47,544 nucleotides of DNA from Minisyncoccia bacterium (GTDB lineage: Bacteria; Patescibacteriota; Minisyncoccia; Phycocordibacterales; XYD1-FULL-46-19). Location of the stretch: positions 1-47,544 of the forward strand of contig JBFIHK010000002.1 of NCBI GenBank assembly GCA_041601795.1, written 5' to 3'. Shown here piece by piece: positions 31,093-41,037 of the stretch. The position numbers and the translations under genes are program-made. Below the pieces are notes generated by a model. That model did no database searches, was not told the origin of the DNA, and saw only the letters and a list, made by a program, of their open reading frames with translations. Each line of letters begins with the position of its first letter. The first letter of the stretch is position 1.

Positions 31093-34000
31093 ATGACAGA
31101 CAACAAAAATTCATCAAACAATAAAAGTGATTTGGCTAAAAACGAGGAAGAGGTGCTAAAGTTTTGGACAACTAACAAAATTTTTGAGCAATCCATGGCT
31201 AAGGAGTCTACTGGTGGTGATTTTGTTTTTTACGAAGGCCCACCAACCGCTAATGCTAAACCCGCTCTACACCACTTAGAAGCTAGAGCTTTTAAGGATG
31301 TTATTCCTCGTTATAAAACTATGAGAGGTTTCAAAGTAAGAAGAAAAGCCGGTTGGGATACTCACGGTCTACCAGTAGAACTTCAAGTTGAAAAAGCTTT
31401 AGGTTTAAAATCAAAAAAAGAAATAGAGGCTTATGGGATAGAAAAATTCAATCAACAGTGTCGGGCTGACGTGTGGAAGTTTTTGAACCTGTGGAGCGAT
31501 TTTACAAATAGAATAGGTTATTGGTTGGATCGTACTGACGAATATATTACATATAACAATTCTTATATTGAATCGGTGTGGAATATTTTAAAGACCACTA
31601 ACGACAAAGAATTGCTTTATAAGGATTATAAAGTTGTGCCCTGGTGTCCACGCTGTGGAACTGGGTTATCTAGTCATGAACTCGCTCAAGGCTATGCTGA
31701 AATTAAAGACTTATCTGTTTATGTAAAGTTTAAAATCGCAGGTCAAGACAATACTTATTTACTAGCTTGGACTACTACCCCTTGGACTTTGCCAGGCAAT
31801 GTGGCCTTAGCAGTGGGTAAGAATATAGCTTATGTTGAAATAGAGTTGGATAATAAAGACAGATTAATTTTAGCTAAGAGTAGATTAGAGGACGTTTTGG
31901 GGGAAAATAAATACACCGTGGAAAGAGAAATGAAGGGGAGCGATTTGGTAGGTCAAAATTATGAGCCTGCTTACTCTTATTTAACTGATAAATTTAAAGC
32001 TAAGGATGAAACAGCTTTTGCTAAAAGTTTTAAAGTCTATACAGCTGATTTTGTTACCACCGAAGATGGAACTGGTATTGTTCATACAGCAGTCATGTAT
32101 GGACAAGACGACTTTGAATTGGGTACCAAAGAAGGTTTACCCAAATTCCATTTAGTAAATGAAGACGGAACTTTTATTGAAGGTTGTGATTTTTTGTCAG
32201 GCAAATTTGTTCGCAGTGAAGAAGTGGCTATAGATATTATAAAAGATTTAGCTCATCGGGGTTTGTTGTTTAAAAAAGAAAAATACGCTCACACTTATCC
32301 GCATTGTTGGCGTTGTAAAACTCCTCTTATTTATTATGCTCGCGACTCTTGGTATATCAGAATGTCGAAGCTTAGAGATCAATTGGTGGCTGGTAATGAA
32401 AAAATTAACTGGGAACCAAGTCATATTAAGGAAGGCCGATTTGGTGAATGGTTGCGTGAGGTAAAAGATTGGGCTATTTCTCGTGAACGTTACTGGGGGA
32501 CTCCACTACCTATTTGGCAAGACGCTCAAGGTCAAATCACTGTTATTGGAAGCATAGATGAATTAAAACAAAAAACTAAAAAATCTGGTAATAGTTATAC
32601 TGTTATGCGCCACGGGCAGGCAGAAAACAATGTTAAAAATATAGTTAATTCCGATAACTCTACTCCAGTTTCTTTAACTGAAGTAGGTAAAGAACAAGTT
32701 GGGGCTCAAATAAAAAATTTACAAACTAAAAAAATAGATTTAATTTTTACTTCACCCCTTAAAAGAACAAAAGACACAGCCGATATGGTAGCGACCGCTT
32801 TAGGGGTGTCAGAAGTGGTTACAGATGATAGGTTGCAAGAAATAAATACGGGTGAATTTAGTGGACGTCCTGTGGCCGATTATCATAATTTTTTTGACAA
32901 GCCTGAAGATTATTTTTCTAAAACTCCAGCCGGAGGCGAAAATTTATTGGATGTTAAAAAAAGAGTAGGGGATTTTATTTATGAATTAGAACAAAAATAT
33001 CAAAATAAAAATATTTTAATCATTGGCCATGAATATCCTTTGTGGATGTTATTTGGAGTGGAGGTTGGGGCTGATGTTAAAAAATTAATTAATATGAAGG
33101 AGGATGAATTTATTCAAAATGCCGAAATTAGAGATTTAGATTTTGCACCTCTACCTCATAATGATATTTATGAACTTGATTTGCATAGGCCATATATAGA
33201 TCAGGTGGAAATTTTAAATGAACAAGGCGAAACTTTGACTAGAGTAAAAGAGGTGGCTGATGTGTGGCTTGATTCTGGCGCTATGCCGTTTGCTCAGGAC
33301 AATTATCCTTTTTCCATTTCTGACGAAGAGCTTTTGTATCCGGCTGATTTTATTTCAGAAGCCATCGATCAAACTCGGGGTTGGTTTTATACTCTGCATG
33401 CGGTGGGGATTTTAATGAGTAAAGGGCCGGCTTATAAAAATGTTATTTGTCTGGGACATATTTTAGATGCCGAAGGTAAAAAAATGTCTAAGTCTATTGG
33501 TAATATCATAGAACCTGATTTACTAATCAATAAATATGGTGTTGATGCCCTCCGTTTATGGATGTATTCAGTTAATCAACCAGGAGACTCTAAAAATTTT
33601 GATGAAAAAACCGTTGATGAAATAGTTAAAAAAGTCTTTAACTTATTAAATAATGTTTATGCTTTTTATGATCTTTATCAAGATAAATCTGTTTTGCCTC
33701 ATGCGGGTAATACCAACGTTCTTGATGTGTGGATCATCAACCGGTTAAACGAACTCCTTTCTAAGGGTACTTCTTATTTGGATGATTATAAAATCTTTGA
33801 AGCTAGTCGATTGATTCGTGATTTTGTAAATGATTTTTCTACTTGGTATGTCAGGCGATCGCGTGATCGGTTTAAAGAAGAGGGGACAGATAAAAAAGAA
33901 GCTTTAGCTACGACCAGATTTGTTTTATTGGAGCTAGCTAAATACATGGCTCCGTTCACACCATTTTTTGCTGAGAATTTATATTTAAAATTAAAACAAG

Positions 34001-34542
34001 AAGGTGGTCCTTCTAGCGTTCATTTGTCTGATTGGGCGACCGTTTCTACTCCTGACGAAAAGGTGCTTAATTTAATGGCTCAAACTAGAGAATTAGTGTC
34101 AGTGGGGTTAGAAAAAAGAGCTTCAAGTGGAGTTAAGGTTCGACAAGTTTTGGCTAGTATGAGTATTAATATAGAATTACCTGTTGAATATTTAGCTTTA
34201 ATTAGAGATGAAATCAATGTGAAAGAGGTGACAGTAAAAAAAGATCAAAAAGAGATGGTGGTGCTTGATTTTAATCTTACTCCCGAATTACAACAAGAAG
34301 GTTATGCTAGAGAGTTGATTCGTTTTATCCAAAACTTACGCAAAACCAAGAATTTGTTGCCAGCCGATAAAATTAAATTAAATATTAAAACAGCCTCAGA
34401 CGGGCAGGACCTAATTGATAAATTTAATGATGAAATAAAAAAAGCCGTCGGAGCTACTACTATTTTTGTTACACCTTTAGAATTAAAGGGAGAAAAAATA
34501 TCAGTAGATGGTATGGATTTTATTATCGCTTTAGAATTATAA
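31093..34542 (+). CDS. ileS: Isoleucine--tRNA ligase (type 2) with an inserted histidine-phosphatase (PGAM-like) domain
   Basis: PPTANAKPALHH, editing-domain TTTPWTLPGN, WAISRERYWGTPLPIW and KMSKS. About 200 aa between WGTPLPIW... and DLHRPYID carry RHGQAENN, SPLKRTKDTA and IIGHE motifs. Confidence 0.9.
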   Translation: MTDNKNSSNNKSDLAKNEEEVLKFWTTNKIFEQSMAKESTGGDFVFYEGPPTANAKPALHHLEARAFKDVIPRYKTMRGFKVRRKAGWDTHGLPVELQVEKALGLKSKKEIEAYGIEKFNQQCRADVWKFLNLWSDFTNRIGYWLDRTDEYITYNNSYIESVWNILKTTNDKELLYKDYKVVPWCPRCGTGLSSHELAQGYAEIKDLSVYVKFKIAGQDNTYLLAWTTTPWTLPGNVALAVGKNIAYVEIELDNKDRLILAKSRLEDVLGENKYTVEREMKGSDLVGQNYEPAYSYLTDKFKAKDETAFAKSFKVYTADFVTTEDGTGIVHTAVMYGQDDFELGTKEGLPKFHLVNEDGTFIEGCDFLSGKFVRSEEVAIDIIKDLAHRGLLFKKEKYAHTYPHCWRCKTPLIYYARDSWYIRMSKLRDQLVAGNEKINWEPSHIKEGRFGEWLREVKDWAISRERYWGTPLPIWQDAQGQITVIGSIDELKQKTKKSGNSYTVMRHGQAENNVKNIVNSDNSTPVSLTEVGKEQVGAQIKNLQTKKIDLIFTSPLKRTKDTADMVATALGVSEVVTDDRLQEINTGEFSGRPVADYHNFFDKPEDYFSKTPAGGENLLDVKKRVGDFIYELEQKYQNKNILIIGHEYPLWMLFGVEVGADVKKLINMKEDEFIQNAEIRDLDFAPLPHNDIYELDLHRPYIDQVEILNEQGETLTRVKEVADVWLDSGAMPFAQDNYPFSISDEELLYPADFISEAIDQTRGWFYTLHAVGILMSKGPAYKNVICLGHILDAEGKKMSKSIGNIIEPDLLINKYGVDALRLWMYSVNQPGDSKNFDEKTVDEIVKKVFNLLNNVYAFYDLYQDKSVLPHAGNTNVLDVWIINRLNELLSKGTSYLDDYKIFEASRLIRDFVNDFSTWYVRRSRDRFKEEGTDKKEALATTRFVLLELAKYMAPFTPFFAENLYLKLKQEGGPSSVHLSDWATVSTPDEKVLNLMAQTRELVSVGLEKRASSGVKVRQVLASMSINIELPVEYLALIRDEINVKEVTVKKDQKEMVVLDFNLTPELQQEGYARELIRFIQNLRKTKNLLPADKIKLNIKTASDGQDLIDKFNDEIKKAVGATTIFVTPLELKGEKISVDGMDFIIALEL

Positions 34543-34580
34543 AACTTTGTTTTTTGGATTAATACCTTTACTATTTATAG

Positions 34581-35186
34581 ATGAGTCATCAGCACTATCA
34601 CACTGAGGGTTTTATTTTAAAACAAACACCAGTTGGGGAAAAAGATTTATTGCTCGCTATTTTTACTCGAGATTTTGGTTTAGTCAGAGCTAAATTAAAA
34701 GCCGGTCGAAGCCTAGCTTCTAAAATGAGATTTCATGCTTCTTTGTTTTCTTGGGTGGAGGTATCTTTAATTAAAACTAAAGGGGACGCTTGGAAAATTG
34801 TCGGGTTAGATTCTAAGTCTTCTTTATTTGATTTAAAACAAAAACCTCATCAATATAAAATTGTCGACAATGTGATTTCAATGTTGTCTCGTATGGTGGT
34901 GGGTGAAAATCCTCAAGAAGAAATATTTACTGATTTAGTTGATTTTTTTTCAGTTATTAAGCAAGAAGTTGGAGTGGAAAAAGAAGAAGGGTCAAAATTA
35001 TTGACTAGTTTAGAGGTAATAATAGTTTTTAGAATTTTATATTATTTGGGGTATATTTCTCCAACTACAGAAATGCAAGATTTATTGCAGACTAAAATAG
35101 ATAACAGATTAATGTCTGTCGTTGCCAAACAAAGAAGACAAGTGATAGGAGTAATTAATCAAGCTTTTTATGCTTCAGGGATGTAA
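34581..35186 (+). CDS. recO: DNA repair protein RecO-like
   Basis: N-terminal OB-fold pattern TEGFILKQTPVGEKDLLLAIFTRDFGLVRAKLKAGRS. Short form (201 aa). Confidence 0.6.
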   Translation: MSHQHYHTEGFILKQTPVGEKDLLLAIFTRDFGLVRAKLKAGRSLASKMRFHASLFSWVEVSLIKTKGDAWKIVGLDSKSSLFDLKQKPHQYKIVDNVISMLSRMVVGENPQEEIFTDLVDFFSVIKQEVGVEKEEGSKLLTSLEVIIVFRILYYLGYISPTTEMQDLLQTKIDNRLMSVVAKQRRQVIGVINQAFYASGM

Positions 35187-35240
35187 GTTTTCCAATAAGT
35201 TATATTCTAGCTCTGTTTGGTCTATGGTATAATTTAATTT

Positions 35241-37139
35241 ATGTCAGATGAAAAAAAGAGCCCTATTGGGGAATTAGAAAAAACTTTATATAGCAAAACC
35301 ATAGAACCGGCACCACTTGTTCGGAGTAGGCTTAAGCCTAAGATGACATATGGTAAAAGAGCTCACCAGGTAAGCCCAGCTACAATTACTGGTGAAAAAG
35401 AGCAGACTTCTAATTCTTTTTTAACTAAACTTTTATTAATTACTTTTTCTTTTTTTATCGTTACTGTTGGGGTGGCTGGGTTTGTTTTGTGGCAAGGAGG
35501 AAACTCTGTCTCAGGGCAAAATATAAATTTTGATATCAAGGGTCCGGTAGCGGTGTCGGCTGGTGATGAAACTACTTTTCAAGTGCTAATGTCAAACAGT
35601 AATACTGTTCAATTGCAAAACGTTGTTTTAAACGTTGAGTTTCCAGCTGGGACTAAAATGGCTAGTACCACAGGTAGCACCAACACCAATCGTATTAGTG
35701 AAAATATTGGAGCTGTTGATCCAGGGTCTTTAGTTAATAAAAGTGTGAAAGCGATTTTTTTTGGTAACAAAGGTGAGGTTCAAGAAGTTAAGGCTACTAT
35801 AGAGTACAACATACCTGGGTCTCAGTCTTTGTATACTAAAAATGCTAATATTTCTTTTTCTATTGATTCTCCACCTGTAAATTTATCAGTTGAAGTACCA
35901 GATGAAATTACTTCAGGACAAGAAATGGCTTTAACTATAAATATGACTCCTCAATCAGAAGATAGTTTAGAGCCTATGCTGATTACCGTTTTATATCCAT
36001 CAGGTTTTAGTTTTTCTAGGTCAAGTCGCGAACCTACTTATGGGCAAAACACTTGGCTTGTTTCTAGTCCTAAAGCTGGTCAAACTGAAAACATTATTAT
36101 TTACGGGGTAATAGAAGGTGTAAGTGGGGCAGAAAAAATATTTCAAGTCACAGCTGGGGCTCAAGATTTAGTGTTAGAAGATGTGGTGGAATTGGTTTTT
36201 AATCAAACTTCAATCACTACAGTTTTAGCTTCAGCTTTTGTTGATTTAGGTTTAATTGTTAATGAAAAAGTTGGTTCTCAGGTGGTGGTATCAAGTGGAG
36301 ACAAAGTGACTGTGTCTTTGCCTTATAAAAATAATTTAGATACGGTTTTAAATGATGTTGAAATTAAGTTAAGTTTAGACAGTAATATTGATATTGCTGA
36401 GAGTATATCGGTTAGTAATGGGTTTTATAGTTCAACCAATAATCAAATTACTTGGAATAAAACTACCACCGATGCTTTTACCTCCTTAGCCCCCAATTCT
36501 TCGGGGAGGGTTAATTTTTCTTTTAGAGTGCCAGATTTAAGCTCGGGGCAAGTAGCCAATCCAACCATAGCTTTAAAGGCTAATTTTGTGGGTGTGAGAG
36601 AGGGAACTGGTTTTACTGGCCGTCAAATTACTGCTGACATAGAAACTAAAATTCAAGTAGCTTCAGCTGCCACAGTTACCAATCAGGCTTTTTACACTGG
36701 TGGACCTTTGCAAAACACTGGCCCCTTACCACCTAAGGTGGGCGAGGCAACTACTTATACTGTCACTTGGACAATAAATAATCCTTCCAATAATTTGCGC
36801 GATGTTTTGGTTAAAACCACTTTACCTGTCTATGTGGATTGGGAAAATAGATACTTGCCATTAAGTGAAGCTATATCTTTTAATGCCACTAGTCGCGAGG
36901 TGGTGTGGCAAGTAGGCCAATTAGAAGCTGGTGCGCGTGAAAAAAAGGTTTCTTTTCAGGTTGAACTAAACCCTAGTCTCTCTCAAGAGGGTACATCGCC
37001 TAACTTGACAAGTGAGGTTAGATTGTCTGGATTTGATACTTTTACTGATACGGTATTGAATAATACTGCTCGAGCAGTTAATATCAGGACATTAGCAGAT
37101 AGTAATTTTAATAATAGAGACGGTGTCGTGACCCCGTAA
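35241..37139 (+). CDS. Hypothetical membrane-anchored surface protein, beta-rich repeats
   Basis: One N-terminal TM (FLTKLLLITFSFFIVTVGVAGFVLW), then about 540 aa of Ser/Thr/Val/Asn-rich sequence resembling DUF11/CARDB-like Ig-fold repeats. Confidence 0.7.
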   Translation: MSDEKKSPIGELEKTLYSKTIEPAPLVRSRLKPKMTYGKRAHQVSPATITGEKEQTSNSFLTKLLLITFSFFIVTVGVAGFVLWQGGNSVSGQNINFDIKGPVAVSAGDETTFQVLMSNSNTVQLQNVVLNVEFPAGTKMASTTGSTNTNRISENIGAVDPGSLVNKSVKAIFFGNKGEVQEVKATIEYNIPGSQSLYTKNANISFSIDSPPVNLSVEVPDEITSGQEMALTINMTPQSEDSLEPMLITVLYPSGFSFSRSSREPTYGQNTWLVSSPKAGQTENIIIYGVIEGVSGAEKIFQVTAGAQDLVLEDVVELVFNQTSITTVLASAFVDLGLIVNEKVGSQVVVSSGDKVTVSLPYKNNLDTVLNDVEIKLSLDSNIDIAESISVSNGFYSSTNNQITWNKTTTDAFTSLAPNSSGRVNFSFRVPDLSSGQVANPTIALKANFVGVREGTGFTGRQITADIETKIQVASAATVTNQAFYTGGPLQNTGPLPPKVGEATTYTVTWTINNPSNNLRDVLVKTTLPVYVDWENRYLPLSEAISFNATSREVVWQVGQLEAGAREKKVSFQVELNPSLSQEGTSPNLTSEVRLSGFDTFTDTVLNNTARAVNIRTLADSNFNNRDGVVTP

Positions 37140-37144
37140 AATAT

Positions 37145-38503
37145 ATGACAAATACCGACACAATGAAATCTTTAGTGGCCCTAGCTAAAAGGCGGGGGTT
37201 TATTTATCAGGGTTCAGACATTTATCAAGGTTTGGCTGGAACTTATGATTACGGTCCTTTAGGAGTGTTATTAAAAAATAATATCAAAAATTCTTGGTGG
37301 CAAACTTTTGTGGTTGACCGAGAAGACATTTTTGGCTTAGACGCTGCCATTTTAATGAACTCTAAGGTCTGGGCTGCTAGTGGTCACGTGGACGGTTTTT
37401 CCGATCCTTTAGTTGAAGATCTAACAACTAAAAAAAGATACAGAGCTGACCATTTATTGGAAGAGGCGGGGGTAAAAACAGAAGGTTTAAATCTAGATCA
37501 AATGTCTAAAGCCATAGAGAAAAATAATATTACCAGCCCTGATGGTAATAAGGTTTCTAATGTGAGGCAGTTTAATATGATGTTTGAAACAAAAGTAGGT
37601 GCGACCGGTGGCGATGTGTCTTATTTGCGTCCAGAAACAGCTCAGGGAATTTTTGTCAATTTTAAAAATGTTATAGATTCTTTTCACCCTAAAATTCCTT
37701 TTGGTATTGGTCAAATTGGTAAAGCTTTTCGCAATGAAATTACTCCACGGGATTTCCTATTTCGAGTTAGAGAATTTGAACAAATGGAAGTAGAATATTT
37801 TGTTAGACCCGATGATTGGGAAAGTCATTTTGACGCTTGGCAAAAAGACATTAGCTCCTGGGCTTGTAGTATTGGTATTGATAAAGAAAAAATTCATGCT
37901 AAGGAAATTGGCCCCGAAGACAGAGCTCATTATTCTAAAAAAACTATTGATTTTGAGTTTGATTATCCGTTTGGCCGAAAAGAGCTTTTTGGTTTAGCTT
38001 ATAGAGGAGACTATGATTTGTCTTGTCACAGTAAATCAAGCGGGGTGAGTTTAGATTATTTAGATCAAGAGACGAATACTAAATATATACCTCATGTCAT
38101 TGAACCGTCTTTAGGGGTAGATAGAGCTGTTTTAGCGGTGCTAGTTTCAGCTTATCGGGAAGATGTTTTAGGAGAAGAGCCCCGTACTTTTTTAGCCCTA
38201 CCTTATTTGGTGGCACCAATTAAAGTAGCTGTTTTTCCACTTCTTAAAAACAAACCACAGTTGGTGGAAAAAGCCAGAAGTATTTTTAAAGATTTAAAGT
38301 CTGAGTTGTCTTTTGTGATGTGGGATGACAATGGCAATATTGGTAAGCGTTATCGTCGACAAGATGAAATTGGCACTCCTTTTTGTGTGACAGTAGACTT
38401 CGATACCATGGAAGATGGTACCGTTACCGTTCGTGATCGAGATACTGGAGGGCAGGTGAGGGTGGCTATAGATGACTTATTAAATCACATTAAACAACAG
38501 TAA
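37145..38503 (+). CDS. glyQS: Glycine--tRNA ligase (alpha2 type)
   Basis: Class II motifs: YLRPETAQGIFVNF, FRNEITPR, GVDRAV. C-terminal anticodon-binding domain. Confidence 0.92.
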   Translation: MTNTDTMKSLVALAKRRGFIYQGSDIYQGLAGTYDYGPLGVLLKNNIKNSWWQTFVVDREDIFGLDAAILMNSKVWAASGHVDGFSDPLVEDLTTKKRYRADHLLEEAGVKTEGLNLDQMSKAIEKNNITSPDGNKVSNVRQFNMMFETKVGATGGDVSYLRPETAQGIFVNFKNVIDSFHPKIPFGIGQIGKAFRNEITPRDFLFRVREFEQMEVEYFVRPDDWESHFDAWQKDISSWACSIGIDKEKIHAKEIGPEDRAHYSKKTIDFEFDYPFGRKELFGLAYRGDYDLSCHSKSSGVSLDYLDQETNTKYIPHVIEPSLGVDRAVLAVLVSAYREDVLGEEPRTFLALPYLVAPIKVAVFPLLKNKPQLVEKARSIFKDLKSELSFVMWDDNGNIGKRYRRQDEIGTPFCVTVDFDTMEDGTVTVRDRDTGGQVRVAIDDLLNHIKQQ

Positions 38504-38521
38504 AATTTTAACAAAAATATT

Positions 38522-39577
38522 ATGAGTTCAATCGATAAACAAACATTAGTTATTAGCACCGGCACCATTGTTAGAACTATTTTAGTGTTAGCAGTCGCTT
38601 TTTTGATGTACTTGTTGCTTGATTTAATGTTTATTATTTTAACTTCAGTGGTGATCGCTTCTGCTGTAGAGCCAGCTACTAGATGGCTTTTGACTTACAA
38701 AATTCCTCGTGTTTGGTCGGTACTTGGTATTTATGCTTTGTCTTTTGTGGTTATTTTAGGCTTTTTATATTTCTTTATTCCACCACTTTTTGTCGATATT
38801 TCTCGTTTAGCTGAAACTCTACCCGAAAAAATAGAAGCCATTAGTTTATTTGATCAAATTGGTCCGCTGGCTGAATTTACAGGAGGGCCTTCATCTAGTT
38901 TGTCTTTAGAAAACATGTTACGCGACTTACAAATACTTTTAGCTGATTTATCGGCAGGAAGTTTTTCTACTGCCACTACTGTTTTTGGTGGAGCTTTTAG
39001 TTTTATTTTAATTATGGTGCTGTCTTTCTATTTAGCGGTTCAAGAAAGGGGAATAGAAAACTTTTTACGTATTATTGTACCTGTTCAATACGAAGCCTAT
39101 GTTATAGACCTATGGAATAGATCTCAATATAAAATTGGTCAGTGGATGAAAGGGCAATTACTTTTAGCTTTAATTGTGGGAGTGTTAGTTTATTTAGGTT
39201 TAACTATTTTAGGCGTTAAATATGCTTTAACCTTAGCTATCCTAGCGGCTATGTTTGAGCTTATTCCTATTTTCGGTCCAATTCTATCAGCTATTCCAGC
39301 CGTGCTACTTGCTTTTATAGACAATACTACCTTAGGTTTAATGACAATTGGCTTATATATTATTATTCAGCAATTTGAAAATCATCTTATTTATCCTTTG
39401 GTGGTTAAAAGTATAGTTGGAGTGCCAGCTATTATTGTGATTATTGCTTTGGTTGTTGGAGGACAATTGGCTGGCTTTTTGGGTATTATTTTGGCCGTAC
39501 CGGTAGCGACGGTGTTTATGGAGATGGCCCGTGATGCCGAAAAAAGAAAACTCAAAAGTTTATCTCAAAATGTTTAA
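38522..39577 (+). CDS. AI-2E/PerM (UPF0118) family transporter
   Basis: Eight-TM pattern with a conserved ELIPIFGP-like segment. Confidence 0.75.
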   Translation: MSSIDKQTLVISTGTIVRTILVLAVAFLMYLLLDLMFIILTSVVIASAVEPATRWLLTYKIPRVWSVLGIYALSFVVILGFLYFFIPPLFVDISRLAETLPEKIEAISLFDQIGPLAEFTGGPSSSLSLENMLRDLQILLADLSAGSFSTATTVFGGAFSFILIMVLSFYLAVQERGIENFLRIIVPVQYEAYVIDLWNRSQYKIGQWMKGQLLLALIVGVLVYLGLTILGVKYALTLAILAAMFELIPIFGPILSAIPAVLLAFIDNTTLGLMTIGLYIIIQQFENHLIYPLVVKSIVGVPAIIVIIALVVGGQLAGFLGIILAVPVATVFMEMARDAEKRKLKSLSQNV

Positions 39578-39595
39578 GTAGAAAACTGTATTATT

Positions 39596-41032
39596 ATGCC
39601 AAACAAGACATTTTACATTACTACCACTTTGCCTTATGTTAATTCTGATCCTCATATAGGTTTTGCTATGGAATTGGTTCGAGCTGATATTATTGCTCGT
39701 TATAAAAAATTATTAGGGCAAGAAGTGTTTTTTAACACGGGTACTGATGAACATGGGCAAAAAATTTACGATGGAGCTAAAAAGGCCGGGTTAGACACTA
39801 AAACTTATGTCGATAATTTTGCGGCTAAGTTTAAAAATTTAATTCCACTTTTAAATATCGACCCCGAAGTAAATTTTATTCGCACCACTGACAAGTCTCA
39901 TATAAAATCAGCCCAAACTTTTTGGCAGAGATGTGATGCTGGTGGTTTTATTTATAAAAAAAACTATCAAGTTAAATATTGTGTTGGTTGTGAGTTAGAA
40001 AAGACAGATTCTGATTTAGTGGACGGTCATTGTCCGCTTCACCCTAAAATTGATTTAGAGCTAAGAGATGAAGAAAATTATTTTTTTAAGTTTTCGGCTT
40101 TTGGAGATAAATTGTTAGATTTTTATGATAAAGAGTCGGGGTTTGTGGTTCCTAGTTGGCGCCTGAAAGAAATTAGAAATTTTGTTCAAGGGGGGTTGCA
40201 AGATTTTAGTATTTCTAGATTGAAAACTAAAATGCCTTGGGGAATACCGGTTCCTGGTGATGACAGTCAGGTGATGTATGTTTGGTTTGATGCTTTAGTC
40301 AATTATATTTCAGCTTTAGGCTGGCCAGATAATGTTGATTCTTTTAATAAATGGTGGCCAGCGGTTCAATATGCTGGCAAAGACAATTTACGCCAACAGT
40401 CGGCCATGTGGCAGGCTATGTTAATGTCGGTGGGGCTTACTCCTTCTAGGCGGGTGGTTATTAACGGTTTTATAAATGGTCCCGATGGTAGCAAAATGAG
40501 TAAAAGTTTAGGTAATGTGGTTGCCCCTGAAGATTTAGTAGGCGAGTTTGGTGCTGAAGCAGTGCGCTATTATATTGCTCGTCATTTTCAAAATTTTGAA
40601 GATTCAGATTTTTCACTCATTAGGTTTAAAGAAGCTTATAATGCCAACTTAGCCAATGGGTTGGGTAATTTGGTGTCACGGATTATGAAAATGGCTACCA
40701 CTTACAATGTGTCTATTGCAGATAAGGGCAAAGAAGAAAACTTTTTTACAGTCGAGAACCTAGAGTTAGAAAACTATAACATCAATAAATTTGTCGATGA
40801 TATTTGGGTCGATATTAGTAAACTCGATGAATATATTCAAAAAGAAGAGCCATTTAAAAAAATAAAGGTAGATAAAACCGGTGCTGAAAAAGATGTAGCC
40901 TATTTGTTGGCTTCTTTGTTTAAGGTGGCTTGTAAATTGGAACCTGTGATGCCTGACACAGCTCAAAAAATAAAAACACTTATTTTAGATAATAAAATGC
41001 CAACCGAGGCTTTGTTTTTGCGCAAAGATTAA
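39596..41032 (+). CDS. metG: Methionine--tRNA ligase (short form, no C-terminal tRNA-binding domain)
   Basis: TTTLPYVNSDPHIGFA, zinc knuckle CVGCE...CPLH, and KMSKSLGN. Confidence 0.92.
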   Translation: MPNKTFYITTTLPYVNSDPHIGFAMELVRADIIARYKKLLGQEVFFNTGTDEHGQKIYDGAKKAGLDTKTYVDNFAAKFKNLIPLLNIDPEVNFIRTTDKSHIKSAQTFWQRCDAGGFIYKKNYQVKYCVGCELEKTDSDLVDGHCPLHPKIDLELRDEENYFFKFSAFGDKLLDFYDKESGFVVPSWRLKEIRNFVQGGLQDFSISRLKTKMPWGIPVPGDDSQVMYVWFDALVNYISALGWPDNVDSFNKWWPAVQYAGKDNLRQQSAMWQAMLMSVGLTPSRRVVINGFINGPDGSKMSKSLGNVVAPEDLVGEFGAEAVRYYIARHFQNFEDSDFSLIRFKEAYNANLANGLGNLVSRIMKMATTYNVSIADKGKEENFFTVENLELENYNINKFVDDIWVDISKLDEYIQKEEPFKKIKVDKTGAEKDVAYLLASLFKVACKLEPVMPDTAQKIKTLILDNKMPTEALFLRKD

Positions 41033-41037
41033 TTTAA

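Noticed and set aside
32575-33170. Intein in ileS
   Set aside because: The insert has the RHG / SPLxR / GHE histidine-phosphatase motifs. It lacks intein block A/G junction residues and any homing-endonuclease motifs.
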